Source: Gemmatimonadota bacterium (GTDB lineage Bacteria > Gemmatimonadota > Gemmatimonadetes > Palauibacterales > Palauibacteraceae). From it: 64,000 bases of DNA. Shown one piece after another: positions 46,743-55,790 of this stretch; positions within the stretch are counted from its first letter, which is position 1; each line of letters begins with the position of its first letter. The translations under genes were made by a program, and so were the position numbers. The notes under the pieces were generated by a model. It worked only from the letters and a program-made list of their open reading frames with translations. It had not been told where the DNA came from and ran no database searches. The DNA is taken from NCBI GenBank assembly GCA_049668445.1, contig JBATJK010000299.1:55973-119972 (forward strand), read 5' to 3'.

Positions 46743-47060
46743 TCAGATGCAGCCCTTCGGTTTCGTGAGGCCGGATATCTTCGATGAGAGGATTCCCGGG
46801 CCCTTGGGGAACAGCTGATACATCTCCTTCATCGACACGCCAGCGTTCTTCGTGATTCGGCGCACGCCCGGCGCCTCACCCTTGTCAGCGGCATCCCGCC
46901 GGCAGAAGTCGATGACCTGCCAGTGCTTGTCCGTCAGCGGGTCAATCCCCGCCTCACGTGCCAGTTCAGCGGCGATTTCGGGGCTCCACTGGTCCGGATT
47001 CAACATGAAACCGTCCTCGTTCACTTCGATTTCCTGTCCTGCAATCGTCGTCGTGCTCAT
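46743..47060 (-). CDS. TusE/DsrC/DsvC-family sulfur relay protein (single C-terminal Cys)
   Basis: AGGAGA precedes ATG 47060. FMLNPDQWSPEIAAELAREAGI..LTDKHWQVIDFCRRD. The C-terminal arm ends in KPKGCI*, with the penultimate Cys conserved. The second DsrC-type Cys, 10-11 residues upstream, is absent. Confidence 0.8.
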   Translation of the reverse strand: MSTTTIAGQEIEVNEDGFMLNPDQWSPEIAAELAREAGIDPLTDKHWQVIDFCRRDAADKGEAPGVRRITKNAGVSMKEMYQLFPKGPGILSSKISGLTKPKGCI

Positions 47061-47107
47061 CTTCTGTCTCCTTCATGAATACGCCGCGGCTGGCGCTCGC
47101 GTCTCGC

Positions 47108-47650
47108 TCAAGTCGCGGAAACGTTGGTCTCACTCTCGCCGCCCAGCTCTCGCAGGACGGTCAGGAACATCGTCAAGCCCTTCCGGACCTCGGGATCGCG
47201 GAACGACCGGAGCAACCCGATTCTCCCCAGGGGTTCGGCCGGGGCTTCCTTGAGGGCACCCGCTGCCTTATCGGCCAGCTCCAGGACCTCGGGCTGCGTC
47301 AGGCTCCGAACTGTATGCAGAATGTGAACCACGTTGTCGCCCAGCGCCTTCACATCTTCCTGCGTGAACGAGGTCGAGATCGTGTGCAAAACGCCCGCCG
47401 ACTCCTTCAGGAAGTCGATCACGCCCGCCTGCTCAAGTTCGTGGAGCTTTCGGTAGGCTATGAGCATCCCCTCGTGTGCGATCGGCACGAAGTCCTCGCG
47501 CAGATCCTCGAGGCTCTCCAGTTGCCTGCCCAGATCCTCCGTCACCTCGACAACGGAGTCGAGCTTGCGGTTGATCTCACTCAGTGTGGCGGCGAGATCA
47601 GCGGTGGGCGCGACGTCGACGCCGCCTCCCTGGTCATTGACGTTCAGCAT
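47108..47650 (-). CDS. DUF1641 domain protein
   Basis: The protein is helical and about 180 aa. It lies directly after the SQR-like gene. The start is ATG 47650, 2 nt after that gene's stop, with an alternative GTG at 47662. From memory, the pairing of an SQR-like flavoprotein with DUF1641 is recurrent in annotated genomes. Confidence 0.65.
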   Translation of the reverse strand: MLNVNDQGGGVDVAPTADLAATLSEINRKLDSVVEVTEDLGRQLESLEDLREDFVPIAHEGMLIAYRKLHELEQAGVIDFLKESAGVLHTISTSFTQEDVKALGDNVVHILHTVRSLTQPEVLELADKAAGALKEAPAEPLGRIGLLRSFRDPEVRKGLTMFLTVLRELGGESETNVSAT

Positions 47651-47652
47651 AG

Positions 47653-48885
47653 TCAGCTCCACTTCCCGGCCATCGACATCCGGGACTCAACACCCGGAAT
47701 CTCCGCGCCCTTGAGAAGCATGTTCCAGTAGATCCAGCGGAAGGCCATCTTGCCCCAGTGATTCATCTCGCTCTCGCCAAGTAGACTCAAAGGGCCTACG
47801 CCCGGCACCGGGTACTTTCCGGGCAGGGGCTCGACATCGTAGTTGAAGTCGATCAGGACGGCCTTGCCGAAGCCGGTCTCAATGAAGCAGTTGGCATGTC
47901 CGTCGAACTCGTCGATCAAGGGGCGGCCCTTGATTGCCCGCAGGAGGTTTTCTTCCAGAACCTCGCCCTGGAAATGGGCGACAGAACCCGCCTTGGAACT
48001 CGGAAGATCAGTCGCATCGCCAAGGACGAAGATGTTCTCGAATCCGTCCGCCTGGAGCGTGTTCTTGTTCGTCGGAATGAACGACAGCTCATCGCCCATG
48101 TCCGAGCGCTCGATGGTCTCGCTCCCCATATGAGTCGGTATCGTCACAAGGAGGTCGTACGGGATATCCCTTTCGTCCCAGCTCCTCAGAGTTCCATTCG
48201 CGCCATCGACCGAACCGGCCGAGAACAGGCCCTCGACCTTGATGTTCTTCTTGTCGAGAATGTCGCCCAGCATGGCCGAAGCACGGGGCTTGGTGAAGGC
48301 TCCCTCCAGGGGCGTGGCATAGACGATCTCCGTCTTGTCCCGCACGCCCTTTTCCGTCAGGTACCAGTCGGCAAGGCACACGAACTCGATCGGCGCAATC
48401 GGGCACTTGATCGGCATCTCCACGACGTTCAGGACCAACCGCCCTCCCTCCCACGACTCGAGCGCCGCCTCAAGCCTGGCCGCACCATCAAGCGTGTAGA
48501 AGTCGAACGCGGTCTCCTGCCACCCATGATCGGTCAGGCCCTCAGTTTCCTCGGGGACGATTCTGCTTCCCGTCGCAATGACGAGGAAGTCGTACTCGAG
48601 CTCCGTACCCCCGCTGAGCCGCACCTTGTTCTGATCAGGAGCGATCGCATCGATCTCCGAGATGATGAAGTCGACGCCTCTCGGGATATACCTGGACCTC
48701 GGCTTGATCACGTCTCGCGTGCGATAGATGCTGAACGGAATGAACAGTAGGCCGGGCTGATATATATGCCGATCGTCCTGGTCCACGACGGTGATCTCCC
48801 ACTCGTCCAGATCCAGGTTTCGCCTCATCTTGGCCGCCATCATGGTGCCGGCGGTGCCAGCACCCAGAATGAGCAGCTTCTTCAT
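47653..48885 (-). CDS. NAD(P)/FAD-dependent oxidoreductase, sulfide:quinone oxidoreductase-like
   Basis: GGAGGA precedes ATG 48885. Rossmann motif KKLLILGAGTAGTMMAAK. It also has PIKCPIAPIEF and VLGDATDLPSSKAGS. The protein is 410 aa. Confidence 0.8.
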   Translation of the reverse strand: MKKLLILGAGTAGTMMAAKMRRNLDLDEWEITVVDQDDRHIYQPGLLFIPFSIYRTRDVIKPRSRYIPRGVDFIISEIDAIAPDQNKVRLSGGTELEYDFLVIATGSRIVPEETEGLTDHGWQETAFDFYTLDGAARLEAALESWEGGRLVLNVVEMPIKCPIAPIEFVCLADWYLTEKGVRDKTEIVYATPLEGAFTKPRASAMLGDILDKKNIKVEGLFSAGSVDGANGTLRSWDERDIPYDLLVTIPTHMGSETIERSDMGDELSFIPTNKNTLQADGFENIFVLGDATDLPSSKAGSVAHFQGEVLEENLLRAIKGRPLIDEFDGHANCFIETGFGKAVLIDFNYDVEPLPGKYPVPGVGPLSLLGESEMNHWGKMAFRWIYWNMLLKGAEIPGVESRMSMAGKWS

Positions 48886-48958
48886 TGATCCTCCGGTCCA
48901 GGGTCATGGGCCCCCGATCCACGTTGGGGAGCCCTTCGCAGGTCTGCGACGCCTATGT

Positions 48959-48973
48959 GCAACGTCAGTGCCA
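48959..48973 (-). promoter_or_regulatory. sigma-54 (-24/-12) promoter TGGCAC-TGACG-TTGC(A) on the minus strand
   Basis: The plus strand reads GCAACGTCAGTGCCA. The site is an exact core match, 74 nt upstream of the SQR-like ATG. A sigma-54 activator gene is divergent, about 340 nt away. Confidence 0.6.
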
Positions 48974-49070
48974 GAGATCGACATTCGACGATAACGCGCT
49001 ACTACGGTGTCAGTTAGAGAGATCGTTGGGCCCTTTTCTCTTCTCAAGATCCCGTGTCGAGAAACAATGC

Positions 49071-49253
49071 GTTGCAACATTTGGAACAGGTCGCTACGTT
49101 TCGTTTCGTTTTGCACCTTAGTCGTGATCACGGGTGGACGGTATGGGAGGCGTGTCACAGTCGTAACTTGCTGTGCTGTCTTTTGTTACAGATATGTCTC
49201 GCCTTAGCGCACCCTTCTTGCAACGCAACATCGTGGCGCACAGTCTTGCGCAA
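49071..49253. promoter_or_regulatory. candidate enhancer (UAS) palindromes built on TTGC/GCAA
   Basis: GTTGCAAC at 49071-49078, TTGCAACGCAAC at 49218-49229 and TTGCGCAA at 49246-49253. They lie about 100-280 nt upstream of the sigma-54 promoter in the visibly AT-richer divergent intergenic region. Confidence 0.3.
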
Positions 49254-49309
49254 CCGGGGGAAGTGACCGGAGACCGGCCGCCCGATCGCAGCCAGACAGG
49301 GAAGGTTCG

Positions 49310-51094
49310 ATGAACAACTCGGTGATGTCAGATGTGGAAGCGACGGGCGAGGATCGCCGCCTCGCGCACCTGATCGACCTGGCGGGCCTGGCCTGGTTTG
49401 AGGTCGACGCGGACCGGAACATCGTCGCCATGAGCCCGGCCCTCGAGCATCTGACGGGTTTTGATGCCGACGACGTCCTGGGGAGATCCTGCCTTACCGC
49501 CATCCGGTGTAACGAGTGCCTCAAAGGCTGCGGTGTGTTCCGCCATGGTACGGTTCGGCGAGCTCAACTCAGTATCTACCGGTCGGATGGCAGCGAGGCC
49601 CAGGTTTACAAGTCGGGGCAGGTTCTCAGGGACGAGGCGGGCAACATCACGGGAGCCGTTGAGATCGTCGAGCTGCGCGAACCCGAGACTACGCTGACCG
49701 GCGAGTCCTCGCCCGAATTGAGTTCCCTGTTGAGCGGTCTCGGAAGGGAGTTCGTGACGGCAGACGCCGAGATGCGAGTGCTGGCGTGCTCGACTGCATT
49801 GCCGGGGCTCCTGGGGCTCGAGCAGGAAGCTCTGGTCGGTCGCCCCCTGACGAGTCTGTTCACCGGCGAGCTCTTCGACGAAGAGGGGGCGGTCGCAAGT
49901 GCGATCCTCGCGGGAGAGCGGAGAGAGGGTTGGAGGGCCTCCCTGCTCGGGGCCGATGGGCAGGAGATTCCCGTTTCGCTCAGCATCGGACCGGTTGATA
50001 CATCGGACACGTGCGGCGGGTTGGATTCGCGGGTCGTGGTGATGATTCGCCCCGAGGACCTCGAGTCCCGCGAAGCACCGTCGTTCGAGGGGATTATCTC
50101 ACGCTCGGCCTCAATGCAGAGGATCTTCCGGATCATCGAGCTCCTTCGAGACAATGACTCCACCGTTCTCATCACGGGCGAGAGCGGTACTGGCAAGGAG
50201 CTGGTGGCGCGAGCGCTTCACTCCACGTCGCATAGGGCGGACGGGCCGTTCATCGAGGTCAACTGCGCGGCCATCCCAAGCGAATTGCTGGAGAGTGAGC
50301 TCTTCGGACATGTCCGGGGCGCGTTCACCGGAGCAGTGCGCGACAGGGCGGGGCGGTTCGAACTCGCGGAGGGGGGCACCCTCTTCCTGGACGAGATCGG
50401 CGATCTGGCTCTGGGTCTCCAGGCCAAGATCCTGAGGTTTCTCCAGGAGCATACATTCGAGAGAGTGGGCGACACCCGGACCCGCCGAGTGGACGTGCGA
50501 GTGATTGCGGCCACGCACGTCGACCTCGTGCGAGCCGTAGCGGAACGGAAGTTCCGAGAAGACCTCTACTATCGATTGCGCGTCGTGCCGATGGAGATAC
50601 CTCCTCTGCGCGACAGACGAGAGGATCTGGAGCTTCTGATCCGGGCGTTCCTGGATCGTATCGGGAGAGAGCGGGGCCGGTCCCTGCGACTCGCCCCATC
50701 CGCCAGCCGGGCTCTTCTCACATACAAGTGGCCCGGCAATGTGCGGGAACTCCAGAACGCGCTGGAGTACGCGACGACTGTGTGCGAAGGTCAGACCATT
50801 CACATCAAGGATCTTCCTTCCGAGGTTGGACGCTACGGCGGAGAACGCATGGCGCCTGGCCAGGCGCCGGGCGTGCCCGCTTCACCGACCCCGGAGACAG
50901 CCTCCGCGATGACGGCACTGCCCGTCGCGCGGCGCTCTCTCGCGGAACAGGGCCTCAGTCCCACGGAGATGTCCGAGGCGGAGAACATCCTCGCAGAGCT
51001 TGAATCCGCCCGCTTTCATAGGGGACTGGCCGCTGAGCGTCTCGGGATGAGTCGCACCACTCTGTGGCGGAAGATGAAGCAATACCGTTTGTGA
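49310..51094 (+). CDS. sigma-54-dependent transcriptional activator (PAS sensor domains - AAA+ - Fis HTH), no receiver domain
   Basis: GESGTGKELVARALH, the GAFTGA motif VRGAFTGA, WPGNVRELQN, and the HTH MSRTTLWRKMKQYRL. The N-terminal PAS-like region contains C-x5-C-x2-C-x3-C. Confidence 0.9.
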   Translation: MNNSVMSDVEATGEDRRLAHLIDLAGLAWFEVDADRNIVAMSPALEHLTGFDADDVLGRSCLTAIRCNECLKGCGVFRHGTVRRAQLSIYRSDGSEAQVYKSGQVLRDEAGNITGAVEIVELREPETTLTGESSPELSSLLSGLGREFVTADAEMRVLACSTALPGLLGLEQEALVGRPLTSLFTGELFDEEGAVASAILAGERREGWRASLLGADGQEIPVSLSIGPVDTSDTCGGLDSRVVVMIRPEDLESREAPSFEGIISRSASMQRIFRIIELLRDNDSTVLITGESGTGKELVARALHSTSHRADGPFIEVNCAAIPSELLESELFGHVRGAFTGAVRDRAGRFELAEGGTLFLDEIGDLALGLQAKILRFLQEHTFERVGDTRTRRVDVRVIAATHVDLVRAVAERKFREDLYYRLRVVPMEIPPLRDRREDLELLIRAFLDRIGRERGRSLRLAPSASRALLTYKWPGNVRELQNALEYATTVCEGQTIHIKDLPSEVGRYGGERMAPGQAPGVPASPTPETASAMTALPVARRSLAEQGLSPTEMSEAENILAELESARFHRGLAAERLGMSRTTLWRKMKQYRL

Positions 51095-51205
51095 GGTATG
51101 GAACCCGCGGCAGCTTCAGACGTATGATCGGGTCGAACGAGGGGACCAATGACTCCGCCTCGGCGGGGCTTGCTATATGGTCGCGTGGCGACCTGGAGGT
51201 GCTGG

Positions 51206-51607
51206 ATGGGCAGACTGGTGCAATTTCTCGTGGGGGGACTCGTCGCGGTCGCCGTGCTGGCGACCGGAGCATGTGGAAGCGATGAGCCTACCGGTCCAGA
51301 CACCGGCGCTCTCGACGTTCTTCTCACCATGGAGGGGACGGACCTGGACCCCAACGGCGGCACCCTGATCTTCAACGATGAAGTGGTAGGGACCCTGGTC
51401 AGAGATGTCAGGTTCCGCATGGAGAGCGTCGAGGTCGGAATTCACGTCATCGAGGTGACGGGAATTGAAGCAAACTGCACCAGCCTGGGAACCAACGAGC
51501 GGAACGTCACCGTTAGAGCAGGCCAGCGAGCCGAGGAGCAGTTCAGTTTTCTCTGCGAATCCACCGGTGGGAAGGACCCGGGGGACGGCGGGGAACCCGT
51601 GGACTGA
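51206..51607 (+). CDS. small lipoprotein, beta-rich (hypothetical)
   Basis: ATG 51206. Signal peptide and lipobox LVAVAVLATGAC. A rho-independent terminator follows. Confidence 0.5.
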   Translation: MGRLVQFLVGGLVAVAVLATGACGSDEPTGPDTGALDVLLTMEGTDLDPNGGTLIFNDEVVGTLVRDVRFRMESVEVGIHVIEVTGIEANCTSLGTNERNVTVRAGQRAEEQFSFLCESTGGKDPGDGGEPVD

Positions 51608-51634
51608 CATACACCGATTGTTGGCAGCACCCAG

Positions 51635-51668
51635 TGGCCGGCGGTCCCGCACACCGCCGGCCATTTTT
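51635..51668 (+). terminator. rho-independent terminator (TGGCCGGCGG-N9-CCGCCGGCCA-TTTTT)
   Basis: A perfect 10-bp stem followed by a T5 tract, 28 nt after the lipoprotein stop. Confidence 0.7.
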
Positions 51669-51679
51669 CATCGGAGGGG

Positions 51680-52075
51680 CTAAGAGCGCGTGGGGATCCC
51701 CTTCGGCTCCACATAGCTGATGAACCGTTCCCGCTTGAGCAGTCGAACAAGGTGCCCCAACCGTTGATTCACGGGTTCCACCCGATCTCCAAACTCCTCT
51801 CGAACCAGTGTGGCCAGGTCTCCGACGTCGATGCTCCCGCTCATTCTGAGCCAGGCAAAAGAACCCACCTCGTCAAGCCGGATCCGTGGAGGGGCCAGCA
51901 TGAAGGACACCCAGCCTCCCAGGGACCGCGGTCCGCGCACGCGCGGACGACGCCGAACGAGCGTGACGACCCCGCTCTCGTCTTCCTCCCACCCCACCTC
52001 GCGAACGGGAGTCATGTCGAGAAGGTTCGGCCCGGCGCGCGTGCCAGCGTGGCGCTCGGACCTGTCTCGTCGCAT
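51680..52075 (-). CDS. PqqD-family (RRE-like peptide-binding) protein
   Basis: ATG 52075 shares a base with the OPT stop (TGATG). LDEVGSFAWLRMSGSIDVGDLATLVREEFGDRVEPVNQRLGHLVRLLKRERFISY fits the PqqD winged-helix pattern. Confidence 0.6.
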   Translation of the reverse strand: MRRDRSERHAGTRAGPNLLDMTPVREVGWEEDESGVVTLVRRRPRVRGPRSLGGWVSFMLAPPRIRLDEVGSFAWLRMSGSIDVGDLATLVREEFGDRVEPVNQRLGHLVRLLKRERFISYVEPKGIPTRS

Positions 52076-54063
52076 CACCCGGCTTCACCTCCCGATCCGC
52101 TTCTCAGGTTCTTCAACGGCAACCAGGCCAGCAGGCCGATCACCGCGGGGTAGGCGAGGAGGCCCAGCACGAAGCTGCCGTCGCCTGCCGGCGTGAGTGC
52201 AGCCTTCCAGCGAGCCAACACCGGCACGAAGTCCTGACCCAGGAACAGGAAGGCCAGGGTCACGGCCATCAGAGATTCTCCGGCGATGAACCCTGAAGAG
52301 AGCAGGATTCCCTTGTTCTCGGATTCCTTCCGTTGGCCTTCAGTGGCCCCCATCTTCTTCTGCCTCCACTCGAAGAACGCCTTGATGAGCCCTCCGACGA
52401 AGATCGCTGCGGTCGAATAGAACGGGAGGTACATCCCGACCGCGATCAACATGGGGGCGGGCGCGTTCACCAGGATGAGACCGACGGCGAAGAACATGCC
52501 GGTGATCACCAGCGGCCAGGCCATCTCTCCGCCGACGATACCGTTGGCGATCAAGGCCATCAGGCCGGCCTGCGGAGCCGGGAGCTCGGCGGAGCCGATC
52601 GTGTAGGCCGCATGCATCACGTTCAGTGCGATAGCCAGGACGACCGCGGCGCCGATTACCCCGATAATCTCGCCGATCTCCATGCGCCATGGAGTCCCGC
52701 CCAGCAGATGTCCCACCTTCAGATCCTGCATCATGTCGCCCGCGACCCCCGCGGCACAGCAGACCACCCCGGCCACCGCGAGCACGCCGGCTACGCCGCT
52801 GATGTCGGTCAATCCGATCGCCACCATGAGAATGGCGGCAACCAGAAGCGCCGTCAGGGTCAAACCGGAAATGGGGTTGTTGGAGTTTCCGATCAGGCCG
52901 ACCAGGTACCCCGCGACAGCCGCGAACAGGAATCCGAGAACCAGCATGACCGCCGTGAGGATCGCGGCGCCCAGAACGGAGCCGGTGAAGTACAGGTACA
53001 GGAAGAAGGTCGCGACCCCCATCGCTCCGATGCCGAGAAGCACCCAGTTGAGCGGAAGGTCGACTTCGGTCCGAGGGGCCCTCTCTCCATCTACCGGTCC
53101 GAGCTTCATGTCAGCCAGCGCCTTTCGGATCCCGGAGACCAGCGGTCCCCTCAGACCCCACAGAGTCCAGAACGCCGCCACGATCATGGTGCCGACGGCG
53201 AGGGGCCGGACCTGGTTGAACCACACGTCCTCGCTGAGCGTCACGAGGTCTCGGGCCGAATCCAACCCCACGCTCAGCCCCGGATTGAGGAAGACGGCCA
53301 GGGGGACGAGGAAGAGCCAGCCCATGACCGCCCCGGCGAACAGGATCGCGGCCACTCGGAATCCGACGATGTAGCCGACTCCCATGAGCATCGGGGAAGC
53401 CGCCGGCGTCTGCATGTAGAGTCCTCCGCCGGCATACTCCGTCTTCTCGCCAAGGACGGAGATCGAGGACTGCCCGAAGGCGATGGCTCCAGCCGTCTTC
53501 TCCTTGATGAGCATGATGCCGTTGGAGTTCTTGAAGAGCTCCCATACGGCGGCCAGCACGATGCCCCCGAACACGAACTTGGCACCGGTCTGTCCGCCCT
53601 GTCCCGCCTTCACGATCTCGGCCGCCGCCACACTCTCCGGAAAGGGAAGGTCGGCCTCCACGACCAGCGTGCGACGAAGCACGATCACGAAGAGCACGCC
53701 CACGACTCCACCCACCAGCATGATCGCGGTGCTCTCCCAGTAGCGCAGCGTGTCCCAGGCCCCTGTAATGACGAAGGCCGGGATCGTGAAGATCGCCCCG
53801 GCCATGAGGGACTCTCCCACGGACGCAGTAGTACGGGCGATGTTCTCCTCGAGGATCGTACCCCGGAATGGCCTGAGCACCGCCATCGCGACCACCGCCG
53901 CCGGGAAAGCCGCGGCCACGGTCAGCCCCGCCTTCATTCCCACATACGCGTTGGCCGCGCCAAGAACGATGGCCATGAGAACGCCCAGGATCACTGCCTT
54001 GAACGTCAACTCCGCCATGTTCGTATCAGCCGGTACGTAGGGAACGTCCCTCCGGTCGCTCAT
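52075..54063 (-). CDS. OPT-family oligopeptide transporter, paralog 1
   Basis: 662 aa with about 16 TM segments. The N-terminus ELTFKAVILGVLMAIVLGAANAYVGMKAGLTVAAAFPAAV is typical of bacterial OPT. Confidence 0.9.
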   Translation of the reverse strand: MSDRRDVPYVPADTNMAELTFKAVILGVLMAIVLGAANAYVGMKAGLTVAAAFPAAVVAMAVLRPFRGTILEENIARTTASVGESLMAGAIFTIPAFVITGAWDTLRYWESTAIMLVGGVVGVLFVIVLRRTLVVEADLPFPESVAAAEIVKAGQGGQTGAKFVFGGIVLAAVWELFKNSNGIMLIKEKTAGAIAFGQSSISVLGEKTEYAGGGLYMQTPAASPMLMGVGYIVGFRVAAILFAGAVMGWLFLVPLAVFLNPGLSVGLDSARDLVTLSEDVWFNQVRPLAVGTMIVAAFWTLWGLRGPLVSGIRKALADMKLGPVDGERAPRTEVDLPLNWVLLGIGAMGVATFFLYLYFTGSVLGAAILTAVMLVLGFLFAAVAGYLVGLIGNSNNPISGLTLTALLVAAILMVAIGLTDISGVAGVLAVAGVVCCAAGVAGDMMQDLKVGHLLGGTPWRMEIGEIIGVIGAAVVLAIALNVMHAAYTIGSAELPAPQAGLMALIANGIVGGEMAWPLVITGMFFAVGLILVNAPAPMLIAVGMYLPFYSTAAIFVGGLIKAFFEWRQKKMGATEGQRKESENKGILLSSGFIAGESLMAVTLAFLFLGQDFVPVLARWKAALTPAGDGSFVLGLLAYPAVIGLLAWLPLKNLRSGSGGEAG

Positions 54064-54235
54064 CCGTTGCCTCCGGTGTGTGGAGCGCTATGCGCTGCGC
54101 GGGTTCGGGGTTGTGGACGCGAGAGGGCCCACGCCGTATCGTGCCGAAGTTGTCGTCGAGTGACCGTACCCGCCAGCGTGATCGATCCCGCGACGAGGCC
54201 GAGTGAAGCCCCGTGGCGTACCAACAGGAGGGACC

Positions 54236-55690
54236 ATGACCTTCGTTTCAGAACTTCAGCCTTCCGCCGTCTGGGCGTATTTCGACCAGCTACTGACCAT
54301 ACCGCGGGGTTCCAAGAAGGAAGATCGGGCCCGTGAGTTCGTCATCTCGGTCGCCGACCGCCTGGGGCTTGAACACACCGTGGATCAAACCGGCAACGTG
54401 GTGGTCCGAAAGCCGGCCTCTGCTGGCAACACCTCCACGACCCCCACGATTCTCCAGTCCCATCTCGACATGGTGCAGGAGAAGAACTCTGACGTGGAGT
54501 TCGACTTCGACAACGACGCCATTCGACCTGTTCTCGACGGGGAGTACCTGCGAGCGGACGGGACCACGCTCGGATCGGACAATGGCATCGGCGTCGCGAC
54601 GATGCTCGCGATCATGGAAGCCACCGATCTGACGCACGGGCCACTAGAGTTCCTCTTCACGATCGACGAGGAGACGGGCCTCACGGGCGCCGGTGGCCTG
54701 GGCGAAGGGCTGTTCCAGGGACGGAGACTGATCAATCTCGATTCGGAGGAAGAGCGGGTTCTGACGATCGGCTGCGCGGGAGGCGCAGACTCCCATCTTC
54801 ACCTGGCGGTGGAGAGGTCTCCGCTCGAGGAAGGAAGCAGCGCGATTTCCGTTCGGGTCTCCGGGCTGAAAGGCGGCCACTCTGGCGTCGACATTCACCT
54901 GCAGCGCGGCAACGCGATCAAGATTATCGCCCGGGCACTGTATGCAGCGGCGCTGGCGGAACCCGTTCGCATCGCTTCGTTCGGAGGCGGCAATGCGCAC
55001 AACGCGATTCCGCGGGAGGTCTCGGGCGTCGTGGTGGTCCCCTCGGCGAATGGCATCCCGGCAGTAGTCGGGGAGATCCTGACCTCCGAACTCGAGGCTG
55101 CGGCAGCCGAACTATCGGCGGCCGACCCCGGCATGTCGTTCGAGGTCACGGATACGCCTCTTCCGGCCAACGCGCTGACGCAGGCATCCACACGGCAACT
55201 CCTTTCGCTCGTCACGGCGTTACCACACGGCGTGATGGCGATGAGCAACGATATCGAGGGCCTGGTGGAGACCAGCACCAACCTCGCCGTGGTCCGCGAG
55301 GAAGCGGGGCGGGCCTTCGTGCTCATGAGCAGTCGCAGTTCGGTGATGTCGGCGCTCGAAGCCCTGCGGCAGCGAATCCGCGCGTTCGCGGACCTGTCCG
55401 GAGCCGATCTCGAAGAGAAGGACGGCTACCCGGCGTGGCAGCCCGATGTGAGCTCCGCTCTCTTGCATGTCGTGAAGGAGGTACACGAGAGGATTGCCGG
55501 AGAAGCCGAAATCGGAGCCGTTCACGCGGGCCTCGAGTGCGGAATCATCGGTGAGAAGTACCCGGGGATGGACATGATCTCGTTCGGCCCGCAGATCGAC
55601 TTTCCTCACTCTCCCGACGAGCGGGTGAAGGTGGCCACGGTCGGGGAGTTCTACGAGGTCCTCACGGCGGTGCTGGCGGAACTCGACTGA
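54236..55690 (+). CDS. pepD: aminoacyl-histidine (Xaa-His) dipeptidase, M20C
   Basis: ATG 54236. Motifs IPRGSKKE, LQSHLDMVQEKN, GTTLGSDNGIGVA and FTIDEETGLTGA. Confidence 0.85.
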   Translation: MTFVSELQPSAVWAYFDQLLTIPRGSKKEDRAREFVISVADRLGLEHTVDQTGNVVVRKPASAGNTSTTPTILQSHLDMVQEKNSDVEFDFDNDAIRPVLDGEYLRADGTTLGSDNGIGVATMLAIMEATDLTHGPLEFLFTIDEETGLTGAGGLGEGLFQGRRLINLDSEEERVLTIGCAGGADSHLHLAVERSPLEEGSSAISVRVSGLKGGHSGVDIHLQRGNAIKIIARALYAAALAEPVRIASFGGGNAHNAIPREVSGVVVVPSANGIPAVVGEILTSELEAAAAELSAADPGMSFEVTDTPLPANALTQASTRQLLSLVTALPHGVMAMSNDIEGLVETSTNLAVVREEAGRAFVLMSSRSSVMSALEALRQRIRAFADLSGADLEEKDGYPAWQPDVSSALLHVVKEVHERIAGEAEIGAVHAGLECGIIGEKYPGMDMISFGPQIDFPHSPDERVKVATVGEFYEVLTAVLAELD

Positions 55691-55790
55691 CGCGGACCAG
55701 GAAGGGTCAATACGTGCCGTTAGCCTTTGGATCGTGTAACGAATCCGCTATCTTGTCCTGAGGCGACAACTTGCTGAGTAGGGAGGCCGG

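Noticed and set aside
49081-49116. TGGAAC...TTGC and a TTTCG TTTCG TTTTGC micro-repeat that could be another sigma-54 or repeat element.
   Set aside because: The spacing between the GG and GC elements is far from N5-compatible. The repeat is only about 2.5 units of 5 nt. It is most likely ordinary AT-richer promoter DNA.
52333-54336. A 667-aa plus-strand ORF. Also the 492-aa minus-strand alternate-frame ORF 56341..57819.
   Set aside because: One is antisense to, and the other out of frame with, the two OPT transporter genes. Their translations are R/H/D/G-rich and lack the TM pattern that the OPT frames show.
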